Shown: positions 24,721 through 33,616 of the stretch, in pieces
How the letters are laid out: every line of letters starts with the position of its first letter
Position numbering within the stretch: the first letter of the stretch is position 1
Assembly (NCBI GenBank): GCA_964392445.1
Contig: CAYMPD010000009.1
Span: 1 to 35,099, forward strand
Origin: an uncultured archaeon
Lineage (GTDB): Archaea > Aenigmatarchaeota > Aenigmatarchaeia > CG10238-14
Reading direction: 5' to 3'
DNA length: 35,099 nucleotides
Notes under the pieces: model-generated
Database searches by the model: none
The model's input: only the letters and a program-made list of their open reading frames with translations
What the model was told of the DNA's origin: nothing
Position numbers and translations under genes: made by a program

Positions 24721-27700
24721 TATTGATACCTCTTTGAATCTGCTCTGAGATGTGGATTGTAAGTTCCCGCCTCTGATTGGTTGTAATTAGACCACATCCA
24801 AAAACATGTTTCATCGTTAAAAGTTAGATTAGTAAATATCCGATAATAGCTAGTATTTGTTAATTTTGTTGAACCAACATAAGTTCCATCATCATCTGCT
24901 TTGACTTCAAAAGAATAATCTTCTGTACAATTAACATCTGTGAATAGAGATACATTTAAACCATTAGTTGTGTAAGTTGGTTCTGTTACATTAACACAAA
25001 CTGATCCATGAGTGGAATTTTGACCTGTAGGCTGAACCTCTGTAGAGTTCCCATATAATGGTTGAAAACTAAGTGTTACTCCGCTGTTTAGTGATAAGGT
25101 GAAATCGGCTGATACATTAAGAAGTGAATAATCTTCTGAATAAGTATAATTTTCATTCGCAGTACAGTTAACCGAGATATTATTGTAGTCGTAAGATGGG
25201 AACCAATCCACTCCGACATCAGTTACATTTTCTATTGTACCATCAGTTTCTGAATCAAAACTGTCTCCGAAAACAGTGTGATTACCAGTTAGAGTTACGG
25301 TTTGTTGATTATTACCACAAGACCCCGTTATATTTATTGTTTGGTTTTTATGAAATTCCTGATCAGAAGTTGAACCATTAATTTCTAAACTTGCACTTGA
25401 GATTGCTTTTGAAATATCAAAGTTTAATGTAAGACCAGTGCTGTTAGATGTGTAGTTTACATTTCCTGTTATATTAAATTTATAGACCCAATAAGCGGCT
25501 GGTGATAATTCTGTATAATTAATGAAATCAGTATCAGTCTTCTTTTGAGTTCCGTTCTGGTAAATATAAAGCGTTCCTGCTGTGGAACCATAAGTCGCCT
25601 GAACTGAAGCATTTACCGTCAATCCATAAGTTCCCGACTGATCAGAAGTAGAATCATTTAACCATGCGGTAATAGGATTAGTTGAATTTTGAGTAACTGT
25701 TAGTAAGTAAGCCTTTTCTCCTGATGTGTAATTAACATTTCCTGAAGTGTTGTAAGTGTAGTTATAAACTGCCGCACCCAATTGAGTTGTATCATTTATT
25801 CCATTTACAGTACCAATTACAGTATCATTTCTATAGAGTGTAAATGTTATTGTTTGACTTGAAAACACACCCGAAGTATAATTACCTGTAGCGTTATCAC
25901 TCGCTGGATAAGTAATTGACTTATCTGAAGCAGCATCATCTATAGTCAACCAAATGTAATCTGAAGTGGAAGAATTCTGATTCATAGTTAAAATAATCTC
26001 CTCTTCCTTGAACGTGTAGTTGGTACATCCACTCACGTTGTAAGTGAAATTATAAGCCTGAGTTCCAGTTAAATCTAATTCCCCGTTCGTTATAATGGTC
26101 CCGTTTTGTGCTTTCTTGTAAGTACAATCTGAATCTCCTGAATTGATTTCAGATGCCTGATAATTTGTTTGATTTGGATAAGTTCTTGTCTGGGATGCGG
26201 TACTAGACTCATCTAAAGTTAAAGTTAAAGTTGGGGCTATTGCGTTAATTGTGTAAGTAGAAGAATCAGTACAAGATGTTACGTTTTCAGAATTAGTTCT
26301 ATTACAAACAAATGCGTATGCAGCTGCACCATATTCTATTGAAGTTGCATTTTCAGTAGCAGTTACATCTGTATCATTTCTCCATAATTTACCGTTAGTT
26401 GAATCATAATAAGATACTACACACTGTGGAGTTACACTGGTTCCATAATCTTGAGGACTAGCCTTGTTAAACGATAAAGTACAAGTTGAGCTTAATTGAG
26501 AAATATTAAATTCTCTGAAGGATGTGTTCCAATTATTGGTTGAATCATTAGCGTAAATAGTTACGTTGTGATATCCCTCTGGTAGATAAATTGTTGTATT
26601 TAATTCTGCAACCTGACCAGTGCTAACATTTATTCCTTCATCTATCGAGTATGCGCCCCAATCCACTGTCCCAGAAAATGTTATATTCAGTTCATTTCCT
26701 GAAGAAGACCAGGTATAATTAGTAGAATTAACTGGTGTATCTCCTGAAATACTGATAGGAGTGGTGTCTAGGGTAAAGTCGTACTTGTCGTTGGTTGCTG
26801 CGGTATCTTTGTTACTCAAATCAGTGTCTTGACAAGCGATATAAACTGATTTACTTCCATCAGATCCCTGATCCGAAAGAGTACAAGTTATTGATGTAGT
26901 TCCGTCTCCACTACAATCATCATCATCCGACATATCATCATAAGACTCATCCGAAGCAGAAGCCCGACAATCTCCGTTTTCATCAAGTGTCAATACGATA
27001 TCTGGAGTAGGATCTGAAGTGGTATATGGACTTGAATCATCTCCTCCTATAGAGGATAAGGTCTGAACTGGTGGAGTGGTATCTAAAGTAAAATCCACTT
27101 TTGTATTCTGAGCTGATGAATGAGAGTTGTTATAAGAATCATTACAAGCAATATATACGGACTTTGAACCATCACTACCCTGATCAGATAAGGTACAAGT
27201 TATTGATGTAGTTCCATCACCAGAACAATCGTCGTCGTCAGACATATCATCATAACTTTCATCTGAGGCGGAAGCTCTACAATCCCCATTCTCATCTAAA
27301 GTTAGCACTACATCTGGGGTAGTATCCGATGTTTTATATGGACTTGATGCGTCACCACCAACAGAACTTATAGTTATTACAGGTTCTGTAATATCAATAG
27401 TCCATACCCTTATAGTGTCTGCTGTATTAAAAGAACAATTCATATTTCCCATAGTATCATTACAACAAAAAGAAACATTATGATGATTTTCATCAACATT
27501 CGACATTTCATTATTCCAATTTCCCGTTGAGTTTGTCATTGTTATATTAGATGTTCCGTTCATAGAATATCCACACCAATCTCCATCTTCATCCAGAGTC
27601 ACATTAAACCAGATTGTCTGGGTATTATAAGTTGTATTATCTGGTTCACCTATTGTTATAATGGGAGCAGTTGCATCAGCTGTGGTATTTTCAAATTCTA

Positions 27701-28232
27701 TCTCATAAAAACCCCCATCCGAACCCGTGCCACAATCACCACTTCCTAACCAATTTTCAGCAACATCACATGCTTCCCCCGATGTAATATTTGGTATAAC
27801 TTTTAGATACCTCCCCACAGTATCGGTGATATCAATTTCATGCCAGGTATTAGGACCGCCTTCCCAACAACAATTAGAACCTATAGAAGTTTCACCATCA
27901 CATGCAGCATCATCACAAACAAAAATCTCCGAAATACCACACATATAATAATCTGAGTACCCACTTTTTCCACCAGCTACTCTAATTTTAGTAACCTTAC
28001 TGCTAACAGATAAATCTAAGATAACCCAATGTGCTCCAAGATTATGATCTTCCCATCCACCTTCCGCTCCAGTATCTCCATCGATTAGTGCTGTTGCATC
28101 ACAACCGGATTCTCCTCCTCTCGAATCTTGGACTGCTGAAGGAGAATACCAAGTAGCAAAAACCGAAGGACTAGCTAGAATAAAAGTTATAAGAGATATG
28201 AACGCAATTAAAACTCTCCAATCAATTTCCAA
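24720..28232 (-). CDS. Large secreted adhesin-like glycoprotein 1 (discoidin/F5-8C-like, Ig-like repeats, duplicated acidic Cys domain, shared C-terminal domain)
   Basis: TTG start after GGGGGAG; signal peptide MEIDWRVLIAFISLITFILASPSVFA; ALIDGD...W...HWVILDL motif; dozens of N-x-S/T sequons. Confidence 0.8.
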   Translation of the reverse strand: MEIDWRVLIAFISLITFILASPSVFATWYSPSAVQDSRGGESGCDATALIDGDTGAEGGWEDHNLGAHWVILDLSVSSKVTKIRVAGGKSGYSDYYMCGISEIFVCDDAACDGETSIGSNCCWEGGPNTWHEIDITDTVGRYLKVIPNITSGEACDVAENWLGSGDCGTGSDGGFYEIEFENTTADATAPIITIGEPDNTTYNTQTIWFNVTLDEDGDWCGYSMNGTSNITMTNSTGNWNNEMSNVDENHHNVSFCCNDTMGNMNCSFNTADTIRVWTIDITEPVITISSVGGDASSPYKTSDTTPDVVLTLDENGDCRASASDESYDDMSDDDDCSGDGTTSITCTLSDQGSDGSKSVYIACNDSYNNSHSSAQNTKVDFTLDTTPPVQTLSSIGGDDSSPYTTSDPTPDIVLTLDENGDCRASASDESYDDMSDDDDCSGDGTTSITCTLSDQGSDGSKSVYIACQDTDLSNKDTAATNDKYDFTLDTTPISISGDTPVNSTNYTWSSSGNELNITFSGTVDWGAYSIDEGINVSTGQVAELNTTIYLPEGYHNVTIYANDSTNNWNTSFREFNISQLSSTCTLSFNKASPQDYGTSVTPQCVVSYYDSTNGKLWRNDTDVTATENATSIEYGAAAYAFVCNRTNSENVTSCTDSSTYTINAIAPTLTLTLDESSTASQTRTYPNQTNYQASEINSGDSDCTYKKAQNGTIITNGELDLTGTQAYNFTYNVSGCTNYTFKEEEIILTMNQNSSTSDYIWLTIDDAASDKSITYPASDNATGNYTSGVFSSQTITFTLYRNDTVIGTVNGINDTTQLGAAVYNYTYNTSGNVNYTSGEKAYLLTVTQNSTNPITAWLNDSTSDQSGTYGLTVNASVQATYGSTAGTLYIYQNGTQKKTDTDFINYTELSPAAYWVYKFNITGNVNYTSNSTGLTLNFDISKAISSASLEINGSTSDQEFHKNQTINITGSCGNNQQTVTLTGNHTVFGDSFDSETDGTIENVTDVGVDWFPSYDYNNISVNCTANENYTYSEDYSLLNVSADFTLSLNSGVTLSFQPLYGNSTEVQPTGQNSTHGSVCVNVTEPTYTTNGLNVSLFTDVNCTEDYSFEVKADDDGTYVGSTKLTNTSYYRIFTNLTFNDETCFWMWSNYNQSEAGTYNPHLRADSKRYQ
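26832..27308 (-). repeat. Intragenic tandem duplication (period 312 nt) with a 55-aa identical core
   Basis: 27144-27308 and 26832-26996 both encode VLTLDENG...SKSVYIAC; 31 of 55 codons differ, all synonymously. Confidence 0.95.
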
Positions 28233-28947
28233 TTTTTATCTCCCCCTTCATTGGTTTAAACCATAATTCAACATCTTCTCCATCAGTCCAATGTCTTTGA
28301 AATAAATCTGTAGATCCATCCCAGTGAAATACAAAATTATATGTGTCGTCAAACCTAATTGTGGTTCTGTCTCCAAAATCAAAAGGGATAACGTTAGAAT
28401 CTAAATCTGTAACTTTAAGTCTCAATTGATTTAGTCTATTTTTATTTTCTGGTTCAAATCTAACATTTATATCTGTATGGTCCTGAAAAACAAAAATTGT
28501 TTCAATTATCTCTCCTCCATATCCAGAAGCATAATTATAAGCGTAGTATGGTGTAATTCTCCTGACAACAACCTGTTTTTTATCTTCCTGTACATCCATT
28601 GAAATCAAACTTGATTTTCTCCAGAGTCCTCTAACCCATTGGTCTTCGCCATAGGTTCGATAATAATCCAGATACCATTTATAGCAAGCAACTTTATTTC
28701 TTCCCTGGTATTGACAAACTTCATCTTTTGTTACACGATAGCGATTGAAACTTAAGCCTTGCGTTCTCTGAATAACATTAATCTCGTTTTTATCTGGGTG
28801 ATGAATTACGAATAAATTTTGGTTAGGATTAGTAGATAATAACCACCTGATATCTGATAAATATAATGTTCCTACTCCGACTACACTTATAACCAGGATT
28901 GCTCCTAAAACCTGTTTGTAGTTAATCTTATTCCAGTCTATTCTCAT
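28222..28947 (-). CDS. N-terminally membrane-anchored or secreted hypothetical protein
   Basis: Hydrophobic VLGAILVISVVGVGTLYL near the N-terminus; beta-rich body; GGAGGAGG RBS. Confidence 0.7.
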   Translation of the reverse strand: MRIDWNKINYKQVLGAILVISVVGVGTLYLSDIRWLLSTNPNQNLFVIHHPDKNEINVIQRTQGLSFNRYRVTKDEVCQYQGRNKVACYKWYLDYYRTYGEDQWVRGLWRKSSLISMDVQEDKKQVVVRRITPYYAYNYASGYGGEIIETIFVFQDHTDINVRFEPENKNRLNQLRLKVTDLDSNVIPFDFGDRTTIRFDDTYNFVFHWDGSTDLFQRHWTDGEDVELWFKPMKGEIKIGN

Positions 28948-30512
28948 ATTTTAACCTCCTCCATGAATGTTTTCTTTCCTTTAGGAAATGAGTAGAATTT
29001 TGGTACCTGGAATACGTCCAATATCTGTAAAGGGTAATACCACATGAACTTCATATCTTTGAACCTCTCCTTTCTGTCTTCATCTTTTAGTCTGTGCCTC
29101 CAGAATAATTGTTCAAATTGTTCCTGGTCTATTTTAACAGGACTGTCTAGTGAAACCTTACCCCATATATAATTACCCGATACTAAAGCCAACGGCTTAC
29201 CAATAAATTTATGGTTTTCAATTGACTTTACTATCGCAGTTTTTCTTCCCTGGGCGATTAATTTTCCACCTGGCGGATCCACATAAATTCCCGCCACAGT
29301 TTTAATCCTCTCTTTAGATAATTCTCTTCTTCCAATCTCAACATCTTTAGGAAGATTCAACATCTCTCTAGCTTCTTCCCATTTAATTACAGGTCTCCCC
29401 TCAACAAGAGTAGCACCGAGTATATTGATTTTCTCTGCAATCCTCTCATCTTTCAAAGGTAAGACATCATTCCACTGGATCTTACAATATCCATTTATTC
29501 CTTCTTTCTGCAGGACCCGTTGGAAGATTTGAGTTTCAACTATGGCTGCAAGTCTCTCTTGTAAGGGGCTGAGGATTGGATTTAGAGTTTGTTGTAGAGC
29601 TTCTGCGGTTGCTTTTGTATGAGTGCTTTCGTCTCCAAGAAGTATGTATTTAGGAACTCCAGTTACACTTACAATTTGATTGACAAAATAAGTAGGATAT
29701 TCAACAGCAGAGCTAGGAAATTGTGGGTCGTGAATTTTTAATTCATAATCATCTGTATGCGTGAAATGACTTGCTGCTTCAATCTCATCTAGTAATGAAT
29801 CCACATATTCTACGTCGGTATCTTTAGGAGTCCAGTCTTCTTTCTCTTTTAGAATTGCTTCATGAAGCGGCCATCCCTTTTTGAAGATAGCCTGGCTTAA
29901 TCCCTCCTCGATGTTTGCTAATCTTTCCATCTGATTGAATATCGGCATGATTAATGGGATTCCATCTACTTCATCCCCTATAGTCCTGAATGTTAAATGA
30001 ACAACTTCATCCCTTTCAAAGTCATGTTTCTTACCAGATGATTTATCCTCAAATGTAAATCCCACTGGCTTCCTTGAATCATCTAACTGTATTTCCTCCA
30101 TAGGGTTTCTTTTGAAATCTGTGGAGACTGGATGCAAGGGCATTAATGCAACATATTTATCCCCGCTTGAATTAGCAACCAATAACCTGAATGCGTTACC
30201 AAATATTTCTGTATCAATAGCCATCTGTCTTATCATCATGTTGAAATTCATTCCGAGATTATCATTAGCCTTAACATTCTTCAGAAATCTTTCAATACAC
30301 TCCTTAACACTGTCATTCTCAAAAACCAGATTGTATCCTCTATTTATAATTAGGTTAGCACGGATGTTAATTCCACGATGAACTAAAGGATTAGTTAAAT
30401 ATGCAGTTCTCAAATCTTCCTTTCTAATTGTAACTACTTGCGCTTTCTCCCTTGCTACAGCCGAGAATGGTACCTTGACTGTTGCCCGTTCCTGGGGCGT
30501 TAAACTTAACAT
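28944..30512 (-). CDS. Portal protein with C-terminal ASCH-like domain
   Basis: Y..NPLV.R.I..RA, D..IFGNAF, LHP, V.H......GIPL motifs and position after terL; last ~120 aa GIY.....GKLIAQGRKTAIVK...G...L...HR match the ASCH (PUA-like) pattern. Confidence 0.85.
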   Translation of the reverse strand: MLSLTPQERATVKVPFSAVAREKAQVVTIRKEDLRTAYLTNPLVHRGINIRANLIINRGYNLVFENDSVKECIERFLKNVKANDNLGMNFNMMIRQMAIDTEIFGNAFRLLVANSSGDKYVALMPLHPVSTDFKRNPMEEIQLDDSRKPVGFTFEDKSSGKKHDFERDEVVHLTFRTIGDEVDGIPLIMPIFNQMERLANIEEGLSQAIFKKGWPLHEAILKEKEDWTPKDTDVEYVDSLLDEIEAASHFTHTDDYELKIHDPQFPSSAVEYPTYFVNQIVSVTGVPKYILLGDESTHTKATAEALQQTLNPILSPLQERLAAIVETQIFQRVLQKEGINGYCKIQWNDVLPLKDERIAEKINILGATLVEGRPVIKWEEAREMLNLPKDVEIGRRELSKERIKTVAGIYVDPPGGKLIAQGRKTAIVKSIENHKFIGKPLALVSGNYIWGKVSLDSPVKIDQEQFEQLFWRHRLKDEDRKERFKDMKFMWYYPLQILDVFQVPKFYSFPKGKKTFMEEVKI

Positions 30513-30535
30513 TCTTCTTAGTATTGACAGTTAAT

Positions 30536-30892
30536 TCACCTTGAACTCATTTTAGTTAATCCTCTTGCTTTTTCGATTGTTTCTCTTCCCCTTTCCTTAG
30601 TAGTCTTTTCAAGACGTGGTTCAGGAGCGGTAAACCTTCTCAGTTGTGCCGACTCCCTTCTGAACAGCAATGGAATTTCAAAGAAGAGCAGATAATAAGC
30701 TAAACCAAAACCTGCTACATATTTTTCTACGAAAGGAATTTTCAGAAACAACCACGCCAGGTAATTTAAGATGGAGCCATATACCCCCACTATTTTTATA
30801 AACTGGAAGAGAGGAAATGTCCATATAAGGTAGAGAACACTCATTAGATTATTTTTTTGTTTAGAATCTTGATTTCGATTTTGAGAGTTCAT
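30536..30892 (-). CDS. Membrane protein between terL and portal
   Basis: Two to three aromatic and hydrophobic segments followed by a basic C-terminus. Confidence 0.6.
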   Translation of the reverse strand: MNSQNRNQDSKQKNNLMSVLYLIWTFPLFQFIKIVGVYGSILNYLAWLFLKIPFVEKYVAGFGLAYYLLFFEIPLLFRRESAQLRRFTAPEPRLEKTTKERGRETIEKARGLTKMSSR

Positions 30893-30932
30893 GCTACCAT
30901 AAGGAATATTTGAAAATCTTATGCATTTATCT

Positions 30933-32387
30933 TTAACGGAAAAGGGGTTTATGGCGCTTTACAAATACTTTCTCCCGAACATTGGGTCTCTTCTTAATTA
31001 CCGTTTTAAGGACTGGCTCTCTCTTTTTTCTTAATTTTGCGTCAGCCTGGAGTGCTAAAGCGATTGACCAGAAAGATTCTCCGTGCCCATCCTTTGATTC
31101 CACTGCATCTAAATTAGAATCCACTGCCATAATCTGGGATATTAATCTGTCGTCGTTTGGAAGAACTATTCTGTTTTCAGTTACAATTCTGTCGAAGTTA
31201 GCCGCCCATTTGAATTTAGATCTGGAAGTAAATTTAACTGGTTTGAGTATTCTGCTTAAGAGTCCCTGTTCTTCAAACCCCTCGAATTCCCCTCTTGTAG
31301 CGTCATACCATCCGTAATTAATATTGAAGCAATCAATGATGTCATTCAGTTTATGGACCTGCATTTTGTATTCTGTTTTATCCATGAACTCATGATAGAC
31401 TGTTGTCCATCTGTTATCATCTTTTAACTCAAATACTATTGCGTGGGTAGGATGTACTTTTTTTCCGACATCAACCCCGATTGTTCGGATGTTATCATTT
31501 GCTGCATAATGTTGTTGGACTAAATCGGAATCTACACACTTCATTATTCTTTCCCTTTTGAACCAAGAGAATTCTTCACTGAATGGTTTGCATAAATATT
31601 CCTGATTAAATATTCTAGTTCCACGTTCTTGTTTTCTCTTGATTAACTCCTCCCAGGGCATGTGTTCTTTCCAAAGAACTTCCTTATTAACAAAATTTGT
31701 TATAGCAGGTAATTCAAGAACTTCGAACCTAGACATGATATTATCATCGAAGAAAAAGTCCTTGTTTGTTTGAGGAGTACCAACCACATGAAGAAATCCG
31801 TTCTTGCTGGGCATATCCATAATCTGGGTAACAAAAATTCTATTTATTTTTTTCACTTTGACTGGGTCCAGTTTATTTTCTGGGTCTTGAAATGGGTCAT
31901 CTACATAGACTCCCGCACAATGAATTCCTCTTTTGAAAGCGAGCATACCATGAGGTTTTAAGATATATTCATTGGGATCCCCAGTCCAGGAATATTTGAT
32001 TATACTTTCCGCACGTTTTTTTAAGTCTTCAAGGCTAGCAAACCAGGGATTAAGAGATAATAAGTCTTTTAATTTTCTCAAGTGGTACGCCGCCATGTTT
32101 CTTTCATAAGAAAAATAATGACATTCTATACTACCCTTTCCTCTGAATCTCCACATAAGCCAAGCAAAATGAGCGTACAGACTAGTAGATTTAAAATGGT
32201 CTTTAGCACTGATACGAGCCGTTTTAGGATTTTTTTCAAGAAAGTCACAAGTCTTTTTGACATGTTCCCCGCCTACGAATGGTTTAAAACTTTCTGAGAA
32301 TATATTTTCAACGAAAAACCAGAAAGATTTTTGTGCCTTGCGGTCATACTCAAGTTGCTGTTTTCTTGACAACTCGTTCGGGTTCAT
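30933..32387 (-). CDS. terL: Terminase large subunit
   Basis: N-terminal ATPase (SAKDHFKST Walker A variant, VYVDDP Walker B, VVGTP motif III), FNQEYLC linker, C-terminal RNase H-like nuclease (IGVDVG, YDAT). Confidence 0.92.
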   Translation of the reverse strand: MNPNELSRKQQLEYDRKAQKSFWFFVENIFSESFKPFVGGEHVKKTCDFLEKNPKTARISAKDHFKSTSLYAHFAWLMWRFRGKGSIECHYFSYERNMAAYHLRKLKDLLSLNPWFASLEDLKKRAESIIKYSWTGDPNEYILKPHGMLAFKRGIHCAGVYVDDPFQDPENKLDPVKVKKINRIFVTQIMDMPSKNGFLHVVGTPQTNKDFFFDDNIMSRFEVLELPAITNFVNKEVLWKEHMPWEELIKRKQERGTRIFNQEYLCKPFSEEFSWFKRERIMKCVDSDLVQQHYAANDNIRTIGVDVGKKVHPTHAIVFELKDDNRWTTVYHEFMDKTEYKMQVHKLNDIIDCFNINYGWYDATRGEFEGFEEQGLLSRILKPVKFTSRSKFKWAANFDRIVTENRIVLPNDDRLISQIMAVDSNLDAVESKDGHGESFWSIALALQADAKLRKKREPVLKTVIKKRPNVREKVFVKRHKPLFR

Positions 32388-32931
32388 TTTCTACTTCCTC
32401 TTCTACTTCTTCTTCTTTGGTTTCATCTTCATTCTTTTCATATATTCCTACGTTAGATCTGACATATCCACCTGAAACCTTGACAAATTTAGTTTCTCCT
32501 TTCATAGGAATTACCCGTAACGTTCTTAAATTAATTAGCCTTTCAGAATCCAATCTAGAAATACAATATTCTAATTTCACGATAGCCTGCCAGAGCTTAT
32601 ATCTTTTAGGTTCTTTCTCTGCAATTTTTGTAAGCATTTTTACCTGGTCTTCCAGCCTTTTCTTTCTCATGTAATAATTAACTTCTATTTCTCCCACTAA
32701 CTGGTCAAGATTATACATACGTTTTCTTGCTTCCTTACCGAGTAATTTTTGATATCTCCACACTGTTGACCTGTGAACTCCGAGTTTTTCACCCAGTTCT
32801 GTAGGAGAGAAAATACCATGTCTCATATATTCTATCATCTTTCTGATGTTAGCCCTTTGCTGGGGTTGTAAATCATCTATATTAACATCTTCCTTTAGGA
32901 AATCTACAAGTTCAATATTTTCTTTCTGCAT
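32350..32931 (-). CDS. terS: Probable terminase small subunit (HTH plus coiled coil)
   Basis: HTH PTELGEKLGVHRSTVWRY, helical middle, directly upstream of and overlapping terL. Confidence 0.6.
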   Translation of the reverse strand: MQKENIELVDFLKEDVNIDDLQPQQRANIRKMIEYMRHGIFSPTELGEKLGVHRSTVWRYQKLLGKEARKRMYNLDQLVGEIEVNYYMRKKRLEDQVKMLTKIAEKEPKRYKLWQAIVKLEYCISRLDSERLINLRTLRVIPMKGETKFVKVSGGYVRSNVGIYEKNEDETKEEEVEEEVENEPERVVKKTAT

Positions 32932-32950
32932 TTTTGATCACATAATCATT

Positions 32951-33001
32951 GGCGGGCTTAGCCCGCCCTAGCGTATGCACGCTCGACGAGGAGTCTCGTC
33001 G
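32951..33001. other. Three consecutive GC-rich hairpins upstream of terS
   Basis: ggcgggc-tta-gcccgcc (32951-32967), gcgt-atgc-acgc (32971-32982), cgacgag-gagt-ctcgtcg (32984-33001). Confidence 0.8.
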
Positions 33002-33076
33002 GAATTCTAATTGAATTTTTTCATCCCATCGATTCATTCAAACCGATGTTCATCCCCTCACCCTGAGGAGTGAGCA

Positions 33077-33205
33077 TTAATCTCTTCCTTTACCAGGTCT
33101 GCTAACTCTTCTCATACGTCCCCCACATTTGGGACATTTGATATCCTTACAGTGTTTCCTGGATGGGGTTGTATATCCACATTTTAGGCATTGACATTTA
33201 TACAT
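33077..33205 (-). CDS. 42-aa Zn-finger micro-protein, not in the ORF track (MYKCQCLKCGYTTPSRKHCKDIKCPKCGGRMRRVSRPGKGRD)
   Basis: Translated by hand; CxCxxC...C....CxxC; AGGAGAGG RBS. Confidence 0.75.
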   Translation of the reverse strand: MYKCQCLKCGYTTPSRKHCKDIKCPKCGGRMRRVSRPGKGRD

Positions 33206-33206
33206 C

Positions 33207-33329
33207 TTAACCTCTCCTGATTTTAATTAAATTAACATTCTTACAATCTGGGCATGGAATCTTTATATAATCTCCTTCTATTTCTCCCACTATATTATTA
33301 CACTTACCACACCTTAACTTTTTAGCCAT
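33207..33329 (-). CDS. 40-aa Mu Com-like Zn ribbon, not in the ORF track (MAKKLRCGKCNNIVGEIEGDYIKIPCPDCKNVNLIKIRRG)
   Basis: Translated by hand; RCxxC...I.I.CPxC..N is the Com-family pattern. Confidence 0.7.
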   Translation of the reverse strand: MAKKLRCGKCNNIVGEIEGDYIKIPCPDCKNVNLIKIRRG

Positions 33330-33348
33330 CGGTCTATTGATCTTAAAT

Positions 33349-33582
33349 TTATTTACTTTGTCCCTTAAGCTCACTTTTTCTCTCCTCTAATTTCTTTAAC
33401 AATATATCCCAGTGATTTCCTACATCCTCACCCATATTTCTCCATCTTTTAATCTGTGAATCTGTTACGTAGATTAACATGTCGAGTTCTTTCTTGCTCA
33501 AATCCATGATATAAATCACATCCATTCCTTCTATCTTTAGGTTTTCCCACGCATATTCTTCGGGTTCTCCTGTACATGTCAC
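33349..33582 (-). CDS. Hypothetical helical protein (true start probably the internal MDLSKKEL)
   Basis: In the ORF track; the 5' part overlaps an alternative Cys-rich ORF at 33449-33610. Confidence 0.5.
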   Translation of the reverse strand: MTCTGEPEEYAWENLKIEGMDVIYIMDLSKKELDMLIYVTDSQIKRWRNMGEDVGNHWDILLKKLEERKSELKGQSK

Positions 33583-33616
33583 AATTTTCCTTGTATCTGC
33601 ATTTGCTCATCAGTCT

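Noticed and set aside
10339-32674. Plus-strand ORFs opposite the late genes (for example 15187-15558, 18747-19235, 30982-31317, 32333-32674)
   Set aside because: Antisense shadows of charged or low-complexity minus-strand genes (S/F/L-rich), with no RBS or motifs.
33449-33610. 53-aa Cys-rich ORF as a confident feature
   Set aside because: Overlaps ORF 33349-33582 in another frame; the sequence alone cannot show which is translated, so it is mentioned only within a finding.
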